Source: Isurus oxyrinchus (taxonomy: Eukaryota). From it: 64,000 bases of DNA. The position numbers and the translations under genes were made by a program. The DNA is taken from contig JANJGN010000015.1 in assembly GCA_026770705.1 (NCBI GenBank), forward strand, positions 81,468,001-81,532,000, in the 5' to 3' direction. Shown in pieces: positions 1 through 12,374 of the stretch. Numbering within the stretch: position 1 is the first letter of the stretch; every line of letters starts with the position of its first letter. The notes under the pieces were generated by a model that was not told the DNA's origin, did no database searches, and was given only the letters and a program-made list of their open reading frames with translations.

Positions 1-1070
1 CACTATAGCAGGAACTGATTATCTTGTCACTGTAGACTACTATTCTGACAACTGGGAGGTAGACTAGCTAACTTCAGTGACAACAGGGGAGATAATAGAA
101 TGCTTGAAAACACACTTCAGTTGTTACAGCATTCCAGACATTGTGATGAGTGACAATAGCCCTCAGTTCACGAGCGAACAATTCAGCCATTTCTCAAAGG
201 ACTGGGAAATTCAACACTATATATCATCTCCGTACTATCCCCAGTCGAATGCAAAGGCTAAGGCGGCTGTGAAAATCACCAAAGGACTCATCAAGAAATC
301 AAGTATGCATTTGTGTTAGATTTGCAAGGCAATCCTTAAGTGGAGAAACACACTGGAAGGCATGGAAATTAGTCCAGCCCAAAGACTAATGGCATGTCGC
401 ATCCAAAGTACTCTTCCAATTGCAATAAAGCTAGTGAATCCAGAAGTAGTAATGGGCATTGATGAAAAAAATAAAGGTGAAATGGCAGAAAGCTATATTT
501 CATTTTGACAAGACTGCCAAACTATTGCTAGAGTTGAGCAATGGACAGCTTGTCAGTGTACAAAATTTCAATGCTCTCGACAGGAGTCAGTCCATGTGGA
601 AACTTGAGACATGCATAGAACAGTTGACACCTCAATCATACATGGTGGAAGTGAGCAACCAAATATACTGGAGCAACCACAGGCATACACAAACAACTAG
701 AGAAGCCAAAACAAAAACAGAAAATGCTGGAAAAACTCAGCAGGTCTAACAGCATCTGTGGAGAGAAAGACAGAGTTAATGTTTCCAGACTGTATGACTA
801 GAGAAGCTGTTCCTTCACTTTAGCTGGTCAATAAGAAAGATGGCATCTCACCAGCTACATAGAGTACAGAATGACCATCACTCCCAGAGGTCCACCGTTA
901 CCCAACAACGGAAGTGGAACAGCAACAACAGTTGTGAGGGCAACAACAGGTGCCACAGGAATAACTCTCCCCCGAGAGGGAACATTATCCAGACAAATAG
1001 CCAATGACAATGCGCACGTGCACCATTAAGAGACCTGCCTTATTTAATGACTATGCAATGCACGTGTAGA
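1..1070 (+). pseudogene. Ty3/Gypsy integrase core and C-terminus, decayed
   Basis: Reads DYLVTVDYYSD...IPDIVMSDNSPQFTS...SSPYYPQSN (rve DDE core, ORF 77..319), continuing in ORF 459..749; in-frame stops present. Confidence 0.85.
707..796 (-). mobile_element. Penelope-like element 3' terminal fragment inserted in the Gypsy integrase
   Basis: Carries ctggaaaaactcagcaggtct shared with the PLE at 28607-30783; flanked by 11-bp direct repeat actagagaagc (696-706, 797-807). Confidence 0.8.
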
Positions 1071-1180
1071 GACTGACGAGAATAACAAACAGTTTGCTAA
1101 TTGCATGAGAACAGTTGTGGTATAGTGGGTAACTTGGGTAACTCATGAATATACATGCAAAGTTGTCTGTTGTTCATTAT

Positions 1181-1349
1181 GGGAAAGGGGATGTTTGGGT
1201 TTTGAAATGCAGTCACTACTACATGTCCTACCTGGCTTACCATAGTCATGTGAACTGTACCATGTGGTACACCTTGCAGGCAGCCATGATACATTCAATT
1301 CAATAAAGACGCCACATAGAATGAGTTTGAGCTGCTAATAGGGTTAACA
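1181..1349 (+). repeat. Polypurine tract plus short putative 3' LTR of the Gypsy element
   Basis: gggaaagggga (1181-1191) directly followed by TGTT...AACA (1192-1349) containing aataaa. Confidence 0.5.
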
Positions 1350-1589
1350 TCAGGAGCACCTGATACTGATGTGACAAATGATGTAATTGTGGTGTAATGT
1401 CAAATGATGAAGAAACTGAAATCTGGAGGAAAGCAGAAGTGCAACCTGGTGTAGAGCACTGAGATGTAAAAAGATCTGTAAATAAACAAGAATGGTTTTT
1501 ATGGATAACAGTCTATGGTAGCATTCTTAAGGTAATAGGCAAACCCTATAGAAACCCCATCTAGACCCTGAACACAAGACAAAATATCT

Positions 1590-2480
1590 ACCCTTCAGAA
1601 TCTTGCATGTTTCAATGAGATCACTTCTCATCCTTCTAATCCCTGAAAGTACAAACCCAATTTACTCAGCCTTTCACCATGGGTTGACTCTCTCATCACA
1701 AGAACCAATCCAATGAACGTTTACACCCCCAAGGCAATATATCCTTCCTGAGAAAAGGAGATCATAACTGCACAATGTATTCCACATGTGGTCTCCCCAA
1801 GGACGTATGCAATTGTAGCAAGACTTCCTTGTCTTTGAAAAAGTGCTGGTGATGTGTTACAGTTCACTCAGGGAGTCCAAATGCTGTGATAACATGCACT
1901 TTTACATGCATTTTGTAGTCAGGAGCTATGGATAGTGATGGTAGAGGCTCCAATGTTCTTTCCATCACATGGCTGACCAGCAATCTTTCCTGATCTTACC
2001 ATCTGTTCTTGGTGTATGTTGGATTTGAAGGTTGTTCCTCAACCTGTCTGGCCGCGTTATGAACGTACCTTCCTTGACCATTAAGTCTAGGGGTAAGACT
2101 TGGACCTGGAGCTTCTGCCTCAGATGTAGGAACATTACCCACTACACCACAAGGCCTTCTACATCTTGTGATAGTCCCTTGCAATAAAAGTGAATGTGCC
2201 ATTTGCCCTCCTAATTGCTTGCTGTGCCTGCTAACTTTCTGTGTTCCTTGTATGAGTGCACAAAAGACTCTCTCTTCATCAACATTTAGAAGTTTCACTC
2301 CTTTTAAAAAGTATTCTGTTTTGCTATTCGCGTTACCAAAGTGAATAACTTCACACTTCCCCACATTATACTCCATCTGCCATCTTGTTGCCCACTCACT
2401 TAACCTGTCTATATCTCTTTGCAGCATCTGTGTGTTTTCCTCACAGTTTGCATTCCCACCTGACATTGTAAACTTGGATG
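1590..2480 (-). mobile_element. CR1 LINE ORF2 C-terminal fragment, interrupted by a SINE
   Basis: LQRDIDRLSEWATRWQMEYNVGKCEVIHFG in ORF 1996..2466 is the CR1 RT C-terminal motif. Confidence 0.85.
1840..2156 (-). mobile_element. tRNA-derived SINE
   Basis: Reverse strand starts ccttgtggtgtagtgggta (A-box-like) ... ggtccaagtc (B-box-like); lies inside the CR1 fragment; 3' limit approximate. Confidence 0.55.
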
Positions 2481-2529
2481 CATTAGATCACTCATGGCAT
2501 GCGTGTACTAATATGGGACAAGTACAAAT

Positions 2530-2750
2530 GAACATATGAATTAGGAGCAAAAGTAATCAATTCAGTGCTCGAGCCTGCTCCTGCCATCCAGTAGGATCAT
2601 GGCTGATCTGATTGTGGCCTCAACACCACTTTCTTGCATACCCCCAATCCCCTCTGACTCTCCTGTCAATCAAGAATCTGTCTGCCTCTGCCTTAAAAAT
2701 ATTCAATGACCCTGCCTCTACCACTCTCCACATACTCATGACCCACTGAA
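2530..2750 (-). mobile_element. CR1 3' UTR fragment
   Basis: Similar to other CR1 tails in the window (gagcctgctc...gatcatggctgatctg). Confidence 0.65.
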
Positions 2751-2794
2751 TCTGAAGCAAAGTCTCCATGACACATAGGTTTTTATTTTACTCT

Positions 2795-3090
2795 CTTACA
2801 GGATGTGGGCATCACTGGTTAGCCCATTTATTGCTCATCCCTAATTGCACTTGAGAAGTTGGTGGCGAGCCACCCTCTTGAACAGTTACAGTCCATCTAG
2901 TATAGGTATACCCATGGTGCTGTTTGAGATGGAGTGCCAGGATTTTGACCCAGTGACAGTGAAGGAACAGCGATATAGTTCCAAGTCAGGATGGTGTGTG
3001 ACTTGGAGGGGAACTTGCAAGTGGTGATGTTCCCATGCATCTGCTGTTCTTGTCCTTCTAGGTGGTATTGATCATGGGTTTGGAAGGTGA
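2795..3090 (-). mobile_element. LINE 3' end (partner of the SINE at 14531)
   Basis: ggatgtgggcatc...atttattgctcatccctaattgc is the reverse complement of the SINE tail at about 14842-14915; coding remnant YHLEGQEQQMHGNITTCKFPSKSHTILTW. Confidence 0.7.
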
Positions 3091-4200
3091 CATCAGTTTG
3101 TAACATAGTTTTCTCTCTCTCCAAAGGAAAACAATGGCATAGAAGCACACCACAGAAAAAACACCTGACCAGCATCATTGGAAACTGTGTGTCTGGAGGA
3201 AGAAGACAAGTGTCACTGCAGGTCCTTAAAGCTCCAGACATTCATCCCAGCCTCCCACCCTATATCACTTTGTAGAAAGAATAGATTAGAAAATGTCTTC
3301 TCTCCCTGAGTTGTTACAGATAGACCTACAGTGATCTGTCAAGCTGCTTTGTCAAAATTATACCCAAATCTACTACATTTTAGCGATCTGAGCGATCAAC
3401 TAATCTTAGACACTGTTACGATACTTTAAGATGATTTAAATGGTCAAAGTATCCCTTAGTTGTACATTACCGATGGGAAAATCCATCAACAATTATCACC
3501 CCAGTGGACATGAATTAATTATTTGGAGATAGTGGGTTCTAATAGATTGATTTGTTTCCAATACACAGATGTACTCCCTTTAAGATGGAAATTTTGATTT
3601 TGAGCCGGTTATAGTTAGTACCAACGCCAGGAGTAGATTGAGAAAACAGAACAGCTAAGGAAGCTGGTTAAAATACTAATGAGAAACATTTAAAAAATGG
3701 AAAATTGGAAAGCAGTGCTTTGTGCTCTGACAAGGAAGGAAAATTATAAAAAGACAACGAGAAACAGAGAATAATTGCAGCCTAGAAATTTAATTCAATC
3801 AAAACTCCCAAACAGACAGCGCTTGCATCAAAAATGTGAAAATCCAAATAGATTAAAAACAATATGAAGAAAACACAAATTTAGCCACATCAGTAGATTA
3901 CCTTCGACAGGTAGGTGCAAGGAAATTAACATGGAAAGTTAAGCAAAAAGAGGTGAATTTAAACAAATTTTTAAATAAAAGATCGAGTTAATCAATTCCT
4001 TAAGTGGCATTCTCAAAAAACAGGGAAACCAAATTAGTGCAGGTGACATGAAAAAACATATGCTGTGTGAAAAGGAAATGCAGGAATGGAGAAGAGTTAA
4101 AATGTATGATGCCTACCATAGCCACCATCCTCACTTACCCACAAGATAGGGAGAGCACCAATTCTTCATGGAAAGAGGTAAACTATAGTAATTATGGTTT

Positions 4201-4439
4201 TGTTAAATGTTGGACTATACCTTTAAGAATAGTCCTGTGATGTAAGATCACATGATCTGTGTAAACCAATGTGTTAGCAGTGCAGGCTACCTGCATAGTC
4301 AATGTAGAGATAGAGGTTGAATTGAAAGCACGTGTGTAGCTGCTGCTGGCTGTATTGTAAATAAACCTAATGTTTCCACTTAGAAAGTTGTCTGCAGATC
4401 AACTCTATTATATATAGGTGACAAGGCCACACTACAACA
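4201..4439 (+). repeat. Putative solo LTR inserted into the retroviral pol
   Basis: TGTT...AACA termini and internal aataaa; no TSD seen. Confidence 0.4.
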
Positions 4440-5607
4440 TAAACCTAAAGAATTAGCAGAGTCTGGGAGCAAGCTTGTGCATAACTGAGGCATGTGCAAG
4501 AGGACTAGGGTCTGGAAACATGATCTCTTCACCATGGGTCAAAGTATTTTTTTTTCCGACGATGCTTCTTGAAATTTTCTCAAGGGCTATTTTTTGAGTT
4601 TCAGGGGTTCCTTTCTCATTTTCACATGAAGCATTCAGGATACTTTTCTTCTTTAATTCCTTGGTATTTTTTCTTACATTTGGATTCTAATCGCAATTTC
4701 CAATTTGCATTAATAAACTAAGATGAAATTAATCTCGAGGTCTAACTATTTGATGCAATGAAACAGAAATCACAGGATTATAACAGAAGAGCAAAGGAGT
4801 AAAACCTACAGAAAAAGTTTAATGTAAAAAATGAGATTCATCTAATCAAGAATTTCAATTTTACGCCAATTGAGCTTCGCTCACAACTTTGATGAATGTT
4901 TCCTCGCTGTGCAGGATAAATTACATCCTTGCAACTCAATTCTGGTTTATGATACCTTTTTAGAAACGTCAATTCAAAGTACTGAGTTACTGAACAGAAT
5001 TTACAAAAACTGAACCACCAGATAATGCTCTATTATCTCTTCCAAATAACCCCCGGTAGAGTGGGATACACAAACACAAACACGTACACACGCACACACA
5101 CACAGTCTGGGCTGCTGCCCACCAATGCCGACTCCTTACATGGTGCAAACCCACGGCAGGCCAGGACACAGTTTAAGCTGGATTCACCAGGACCTGGAGC
5201 CGGGTCCTAGTTAGTCTCTGCTGGCCGGGGAACAAGCAATGGACAGAGAGTGAGCATGGAGCCTGTGGCAGCTCTGTAAAGGAAGTGACCCATTTAATTA
5301 CAAAATTAAGGTGTTAATTAAATTAATAGAAGTTGAGAAAACAAAATACACTATATAGCATTTGCTAGTGCAAAGAAGCTCATTAAAAAGACGACACAGA
5401 AGCGCAGGTATTCGTAAGAAAATTACTGTTGGAAAACAGCCAAACACCTGTGACAGAAATTAGTTGGTTAAAACAAAATGACCCTCAAAGGTTCACATAA
5501 AAACAGCTAAAGTAAGGATTGATAAGACTTATTAAAATAATTGTTTTTGTGGTATACAATGGACAATGCCAGCCTGTTTCAATGAACCATAGAGAGAAAA
5601 GTCCATG

Positions 5608-6072
5608 ACCAGAATTTTTTGTGGCCTATGCGGACGCCCGCCGGTCCTAACTCAGCATTAAATTATGCGTAATGACGTCTGGACCGGTTCCTCACGCCAC
5701 CTCGTGTAATTACGGTTGGCGGATGCGCACAAATGTCGGAAGCATGCTCATTGTCAATAAAAGGGCCTATTAAGGCCATTAAAGGTCCAATTGTCTTGAA
5801 TTTTGAGAGGCCTGTGCAGTTTTACATTTGGTGCACGGGTCAAATGGGCAGCCGGGATTCGGGATTATTCCGACTTTCTGGATCCAGGGCAGAATATAAG
5901 GGCCAGAAGGAATAGAGAGATGAGGGAGAGTTTCAAATTGAGTTGTGAGACTGTGCATTACTGATTATTTAGTGAGGAATCCTGTTCATTGACATTACTT
6001 TAGCAGGCTTAAATCATTGCTGAGGCTTTCTGCAGTCAAGCCTCTACATAATTCAGGTCAAACCTCTGCCAG
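5608..6072. mobile_element. Harbinger-type non-autonomous DNA transposon splitting the integrase N-terminus
   Basis: CpG-rich insert starting ccagaatttt within AT-rich viral sequence; shares attaaggcc motifs with the Harbinger end at 7369. Confidence 0.5.
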
Positions 6073-7031
6073 GTAAATGAACAAAACATTATTGGCGGCC
6101 TAACATGTTGAAACATTGCAAGACTAATGTTGCAAATTATACAGCTTGTAACCAGGTGAACAAATCTTCTGCCATAAAAGCACCACCAATAACAGTTAAA
6201 AAGGCAGACCATCCATTGGATAAGATTATAATTGATTTTATTGGGCCTTTACCAAATATGTGCTTGTTTGTGTTGACTATTGTACTAATCTTGTATGCTG
6301 TAATCTCACCAAAAATGTTACGGACAGTGCACTTACTAGCGCTTTTGAAAGAGAGTTAATTCTTATTGGAATGACGAGGGTATTGAACTCTGATCGAGAC
6401 GATGTCTTTACTTCTAAAGCCTATCAAGATTGGACAAAAGAAAAAAGATCTCCCTCGAGCTGAGGATTCCTTATCACCCTGAATTAGCAGGGATGGTGGA
6501 AAGGAAAAACTATGAAGTAAAGGTCTGATTAAATGACTTTTGATATGCGGCAGTAAGTGGACCACCATACTAAAGGAGATACAAATGGCTTTAAATAATC
6601 AACCACTACAGTCAAGTGGTACAGTGTCACCTGTAACTCCACATTAATATTGTTTGGTACACATACGAACATACCTTTCACACAGAACACTAGCCTAGTA
6701 ACTGCAGACATTACAGGGCATAGAGTAGAACAGCTACAACTTAAACAGGAAGTCACTCGATGATACATGAAATTGAACAGAAACAGAGAGAACGTAAAAG
6801 ACAGAAAACATTATTTAATAAAGTCTGGTCTCCTCAAATTGGAGAACCAGTACAAGAAAAAAGGAATCCAGCACAGGGTTCATTGAGACCGAAGCAGAAA
6901 AAAACCAATGCAGATAGTAAAAGTCCACAGTGATAGAGTGGTCGAGATTGAATTTATGGGACCAAGTGATAAGAAAGTTATAAAAAAGGTATAAGACAAT
7001 TTAAAAAGGTGTCCAGTTGGATTAGAACACA

Positions 7032-7368
7032 ATGGATATATTCAAACCATTCAAGTATATTCCGATCAGGCAGTTTGCAGATGTACAATAAGTCAGGATA
7101 CAGATGGAACTCTCTCATAAAAAAATTACAACTGCTATCAGAAATACTAAAAATAGCTTGCTCAGCCAATTCAAAATGGAATTTGTAACACTTTCAACTG
7201 AAAAAGCGCGATGGAAACTTACACCCCAAGGTGTCAAAGAAAAGTTAAATGTTACTAAGCCTTTCGGAAAATTACCAAATTCTGCCTTAATATCTGAATT
7301 AAAAAGGCATGAAATTATCAACATAAAAACATGGGTGTGTCCTTATTTTGGCTTTACTATGAAATTAT
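7032..7368 (+). pseudogene. ORF downstream of and overlapping the pol end (env or accessory-gene position), truncated by a Harbinger insertion
   Basis: ATG 7032 is in frame with ORF 7104.. across one stop; same A-rich composition as the integrase; no recognisable motif. Confidence 0.4.
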
Positions 7369-9420
7369 GGCCAGGGTTTTGCCCTCGTTTGGTGGGCATG
7401 GCAGGGGCGAGCGGGAGCGGTCGGGAAGCCCGTGATTGGGCCACAACCGTGATTTCACACTGGCGGGCCAATTAAGGCCCTCCCAGCATGAAACATGCAC
7501 TGCAGCGCTCAGCGCTGCCTGTGTAGGGGGAAGGAGGGCGAGCATGGAAGTTCACGCATGCACGAGGGTGTGCGCAGGTAAAGTTCCCTGAGGCACAGAG
7601 TTGCCTCAGGGAGATGAAGAGTTTGAAAATAAAAAAGAAAGATTTTAAAAATGTTAACAACATGTCCCCTCATGTGACTCAGGGACATGTTAGAAATTAG
7701 TTTGAATTTTTTTTATTTTCGCCATCGTTCGCTAGGCCCAGGGTCTAAGATGGCCCTTCTCATTTTTGCAGATGACTGAGAACTATTGTCACCGAAGACT
7801 GCAGATGACCAGGGAACTGGTTGGTCACATATGCCACCTGCTGCCGTATTTGGCACCATGGGGACATGGAGGGCATCCACTGCCAGTGGCCGTGAAAGTG
7901 ACTGCGGCACACAATTTTTACGCCAGTGGCTTCTTCCGGGGCTCCACAGGTGACCTGTGTGGGATCTCACAAGCCACCATGCACAAGTGTATCCAGAAGG
8001 CCATAGATGTCATCCTCACGAAGGCACAATACTTTGTGCATTTCTCCCAGGATCAGGAAAGCCAGGAAACAAGACTGCTGGGATTTCCACAGATCTCTGG
8101 TTATCGAAAGTGCAGGGTGCCATCGACTGCCCTTGCATGGCACTTAGATCTCCATGGCAATAGCTGGTTTGCAACCACCACAAATGTATCCTGCAGGTCT
8201 GCACATAATTCCCAGGGAGTGTCCATGACTCCTGCATCCTTAACAGGTCTCAGATCCCTGATGTCTTCCAGGGTCTAGAGTGGCTGCAAAGTTGGCTCCT
8301 TGGGGTCAAAGGCTGCCAACAGAGGATATGGTTGATGACTCCCAGGTGGCAGCATCAGGCTACAGTAGAGTGGCAGTATAACCATCCAGACTTTGGTGGA
8401 GCAAGCGACATGCATTTTGAAAATGAGGTTCCGATGCCTTGACAGGTCTGGAGGAGCACTGCAATACAGTCCACCGAGGGTGTTGCGCAACATTGTAGCT
8501 TGCTGCGCACTACACAGACTGGTGCTGCAACCGGGGGAACAACCTGGCAGAGGAGGAGATGGAGGAGCTGCACATCTCACCTGATGAGGAAGATGTTAAA
8601 GAGGATGACGTTGATGAGGTCCTCAAAGGTGAGAATTCTGGCGATGAGGCCATCAAACTTGCCAGATAAGGCAGGCGCACTCAGGAGCCATTCACAGCCG
8701 TAAGATTCGTGGAGGGATGCAGTGAGGACAGTCCTGCATCTTGCATATGTGAACATTTGACTCCTGGGTTGCTGCTGGCAGTGCACATACCCTCTGTACT
8801 CAGGATCATGTCATGGAGAGGCAGAGTGGAGGTCCTGATAGTCACTAGATTCCAGAAGATGATGATGACATGCAGTGAGGACACTCCACATATCTTCACA
8901 TTGCCTCTGTGAATACCTGACTCCTGATTGGCTGAGGGCAGTTCACTTGTGCTCTGTGATCAGGGTCATATTTTGGAGACGCAGCTGTGAAACTTTAAAT
9001 GCACCTGATCCTTTGTCAGCCTTCAGCACCTGACCCCTTCAGGAGCACAGCATCACCGGTCACAGATGCTGAAGAGATGCTGGGGGGTGGGGCAGCCTCA
9101 CCTCAAAGATGCTGAGAGCACTCAGACAGAATGACTCAACTTTGTGACACCTGCCCATTACATTGTGGCAGCAATAAGAAGCACCATTGAGGTGCAGACA
9201 TCAATAATGTGTCCAGGGATTGTGAAGCTTGACCATCACTTGGATCTGAAGGTTACACACTGCACAGGGAAAAGACCCTGGACTGAGACAGGCCTTCATC
9301 CTGTGCAGGAACCAAGATTTCACATCTGAGTGACACGACCAAGGAGCCACAGTCAGGGAGACATTCTTGGGAGTTTATTTACAATATTGAACATTATGTA
9401 CAAGTGACTAACACTCGTGC
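7369..9420 (+). mobile_element. PIF/Harbinger transposon with decayed HARBI1-like DDE transposase (about 7766-8700)
   Basis: LPVAVKVTAAHNFYASG, GDLCGISQ, VQGAIDC, HDSCIL, LKMRFRCLDRSGGALQYSP, ACCALH spread over shifted frames. Confidence 0.9.
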
Positions 9421-9481
9421 CCAGGGTGCTTCCTGATTGGGCACAAGTGCAGTTTATTACTGCCTGAGCCATGTGCTGTTG

Positions 9482-9713
9482 CTGTGGCTGTGCCTGTTCC
9501 TGCTGCTGTGGGATTTCCTGCGGCTGTTCCTGCTGCTGTGGGATTTCCTGTGGCTGTTCCTGCTGCCGTGGGATTTCCTGCGGCTGTTCCTGCTGCTGCT
9601 GTATTCCTGTGGCTGTTCCTGCTGCTGTGGAATTTCCTGTGGCTGTTCCTGCTGCTGTGGAATTTCCTGTGGCTGTTCCTGCTGCTGTGGAATTTCCTGT
9701 GGCTGTTCCTGCT
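9482..9713. repeat. 30-bp minisatellite, about 7 copies
   Basis: Unit cctgtggctgttcctgctgctgtgg(g/a)attt read directly. Confidence 0.95.
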
Positions 9714-12374
9714 AGGGCCCAGAGTCTACAAGGCTTGAGGCCTGAAGAATTGGAGGAGAAAGAGAGAGAGAGGGGTGCTGCAAGACAGGGAGGCCAGGAG
9801 ACAAGGATTTATTTTTCATTACATCTGCGGTGGGTGTCTGGACTTTTGTTTGGTGGGGGCTGTGAAGACCATGTTGCTTTGTAGGGGGAGGAAGACGGCT
9901 GCTGAGGAGACTCAGGGAGAAGGGATGTGTGCATGTGTCTGTTTAAGATCTTCCACCACCCTCTCCCTTCTCAGCCTGCCCATGTCCAAGTCTAGGTAGC
10001 AAGTGCTGCCTGGTGAACAGGGACGGACCTGACTTCCATGTGCCAGGCAGTACCGGCTGCTTGGTGAAGACATCGGCCTCCCACTATGGGAAAAACAGCT
10101 AGGCCCCCACCACCCTGCCCCACTCCGCCCAGTGACATCCACCTACCCTGCACTCTTCTCTTCATTACTCTTTCCTCTTCTGTGCCTCCCTGTTCTTTTT
10201 CCCCCTTTCTCTCCTCCCCTTCCATTGTTATACACCATCAGGAGGGACAGGATGATCCTTCATTTCCCCCTCTCCCCTTTCATAAATGTTGTTGCTACCA
10301 CCGACAGGGCTCACGGTGAGTGTGGCTCATCCCCCAATGCTGCTGCAGAGTCACTGGTGGCCAGGCCATCCACACAACTGTGGAGGGGGCACAATTAGCA
10401 GTGTGGGGCCCGCCAAGAACACCTATGCAGGAGTGACTGTTTCTGTGACCTCCACTGCTCCCGCGGCCCCGTCACTGTTCCACCTCCAGACCAGGGCCAT
10501 GGGGCTACATTCACCCCAAGATGACTGTAGAAATATGCGTGAAGGTTTTGGCTGGGGTTGTTGGCCCCTCAGCCATTGATGCAGCCTCGCACATGTATGG
10601 GAAGGCGGCGTTCCTCCTCAGGTCTGAGTGGGCAGTGCACCTGGCCCTGGCCAAGAGGCTCACTGTGGAACGGACCTATCTGGCAGTGGATACTCTTGAG
10701 GCCTCTGCAGAGCGGCTTGTCTTATCCTTCGTTCACGGAGAGCTCCTCCTCCCCCATCTTCACCAATTGCAGGAGCTAATGGTCTGAGGTGGTGCAGATT
10801 CTGCTTGGCCTCAGGAAACCCGTCTCCGCCATGAGTACTCCTTCCGGTGCCAGGTCTTTGTTCGCCTAGCCCAGAAGGAGTGCATGGAGGGGCGCTTTGA
10901 TGTCACCTTTGAGGGGGTGACTTCTGGTGGGCGGAAGGCGTGCGGTGCCATGCCTGCAAGGAGGTGGGGCACACCCAAAAGAACTGCCCCATCTCCAAGG
11001 CTGCCAGTTTCACTCAGGCGGCTGCAGCTGGCACCTCCCGGCTCCATCTCCGGCCACCACTCCATTTTCTTCCCCGCAAGGGGAGGTGCTGCCAGCAGCC
11101 ACCACCATTTCGGCTGCCGGCGAGGCCGGGGGGAAAGACCCTGAACCACAAGAAAGCCCACCATGTGAAGGCAGCCCTCCCCAACCCCCCTGAACTCCTC
11201 AAACCCACACTGATCTTCAAATCCCTGAAGACACTGGCTCAGGGGGACAAAACACATCCAGCCCCGGCGTTGTGAACGCACGAGCTCCCAGGCCCGTGTG
11301 TGCCTGAGTGCCATGTGCTGGGCCCAGCGTTGCCCCCACACAGGTTCCCGGGTCCAGTGGTGGTGAGGCATGCAACCCCGAGCCAGTGGATTTATTAAAT
11401 AAGGTGGACCTGCCCAAACCCCAGAGGTCGAACGTCCGGGAGGGCTGGATGAGGTGGCAGGGGCCTCGCAGTTGGAGGTCTTCCTAGCCCCCAGCCAACC
11501 CCTGAAGAGCTGCCATCCCTCAGAGGAGGAGGAGGAGGACCTTGTGTCCGCTCCCCCAATGAAAGGGTGGTGGCATCTCCAACCCATTAGTCCTCACTCT
11601 ACTCACTTGGGGGAGCCCAAATCCCTGACCCCTTGCTGCAGTCCCATGAGCCGGGCCCCTCAGGGGTCGGTGAGGGTAACGCCCTTGTGGTGGTGACCCA
11701 CCTTGTACCCCCGAGATGCCATCAGGCCCACCAGGGGACTGCAGCAGCCCTTTCATGGCCCCAACAACTGGGTCATCAGTCAGCAGTGGTGGAAAGCCCT
11801 TCCAACCATCAGCGCCGAGCACCTCCATGCTAGGTCCAGAGCTTTTTCCGGACTTGCCAGGTGACCCAGTGACTGTGGGGTAGTAGGGCTCTTAGCCGCT
11901 GCCACCCTTTGGCCTTTATCCCCAAGAGGAGACCAGAGAGGACCCCTCTGCCCTTGCTCCTAGGGGGTGGGATCGAGGTGGAGGTGGAGCTGACTGGCAG
12001 CTGTGAACCAGCCCCTGTGCTCAATACAGGGGAGGGGTTGGAAGCTGGAGCCGATGACCTGGAGGAGGGCGGGGTTTCGGTGGTGAGCACCGGGGACGAC
12101 GTAGAGTTATTGCCGGGTTAGGTGGTGGATCCCCTGCTGCTCCCCACCAATTCGCCCCTTATCGCTTTAAGGTAACTCCAGGATTTTTTATCAAGTAATT
12201 GCGGTCACCGAGACAGGGTCCAGTCAGCCCTGGAATGGTGGCATTCTTCTCCTCTTGTATTCTGGTCCGCCCGTGAGTCCCTCAAGGCCCCTGGGCTGGA
12301 CTGGAACGCTAAAAGAAGGGTCCACACATTTCTCACTGGGCTCCTGAAGGAGAGGAAGGATTAAAATAGTCCTC

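Larger units (their letters stand above)
3230..7130 (+). pseudogene. Endogenous foamy-virus-like (spumaretrovirus-like) pol, fragmented: RT/RNase H traces and a clear integrase at about 6075-7010
   Basis: Integrase pieces YWRPNM, PLDKIIIDFIGPLP, LNSDRDDVFTSKAYQDWTKEK, GMVERKNYEVK, QMALNN..TPH..LFG..TNIPF, WSPQIGEPVQEK..SLRP, DNLK occur in spumavirus order; RT traces (IHPSLPPY, DDL) at 3230-3450 are weak. Confidence 0.75.

Noticed and set aside
7766-8700. Domesticated HARBI1 gene
   Set aside because: Multiple frameshifts, transposon ends nearby and a second decayed copy at 26360
9482-9713. CRISPR-like array
   Set aside because: Units are contiguous with no unique spacers, no cas genes are present and the context is eukaryotic
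9437-9884. Cys-rich (metallothionein or keratin-associated-like) and hydrophobic repeat ORFs
   Set aside because: They are three-frame read-throughs of the 30-bp minisatellite, with no gene structure
10811-12121. Long GC-rich ORFs on both strands
   Set aside because: Shadow frames of the decayed Tx1 ORF1 region
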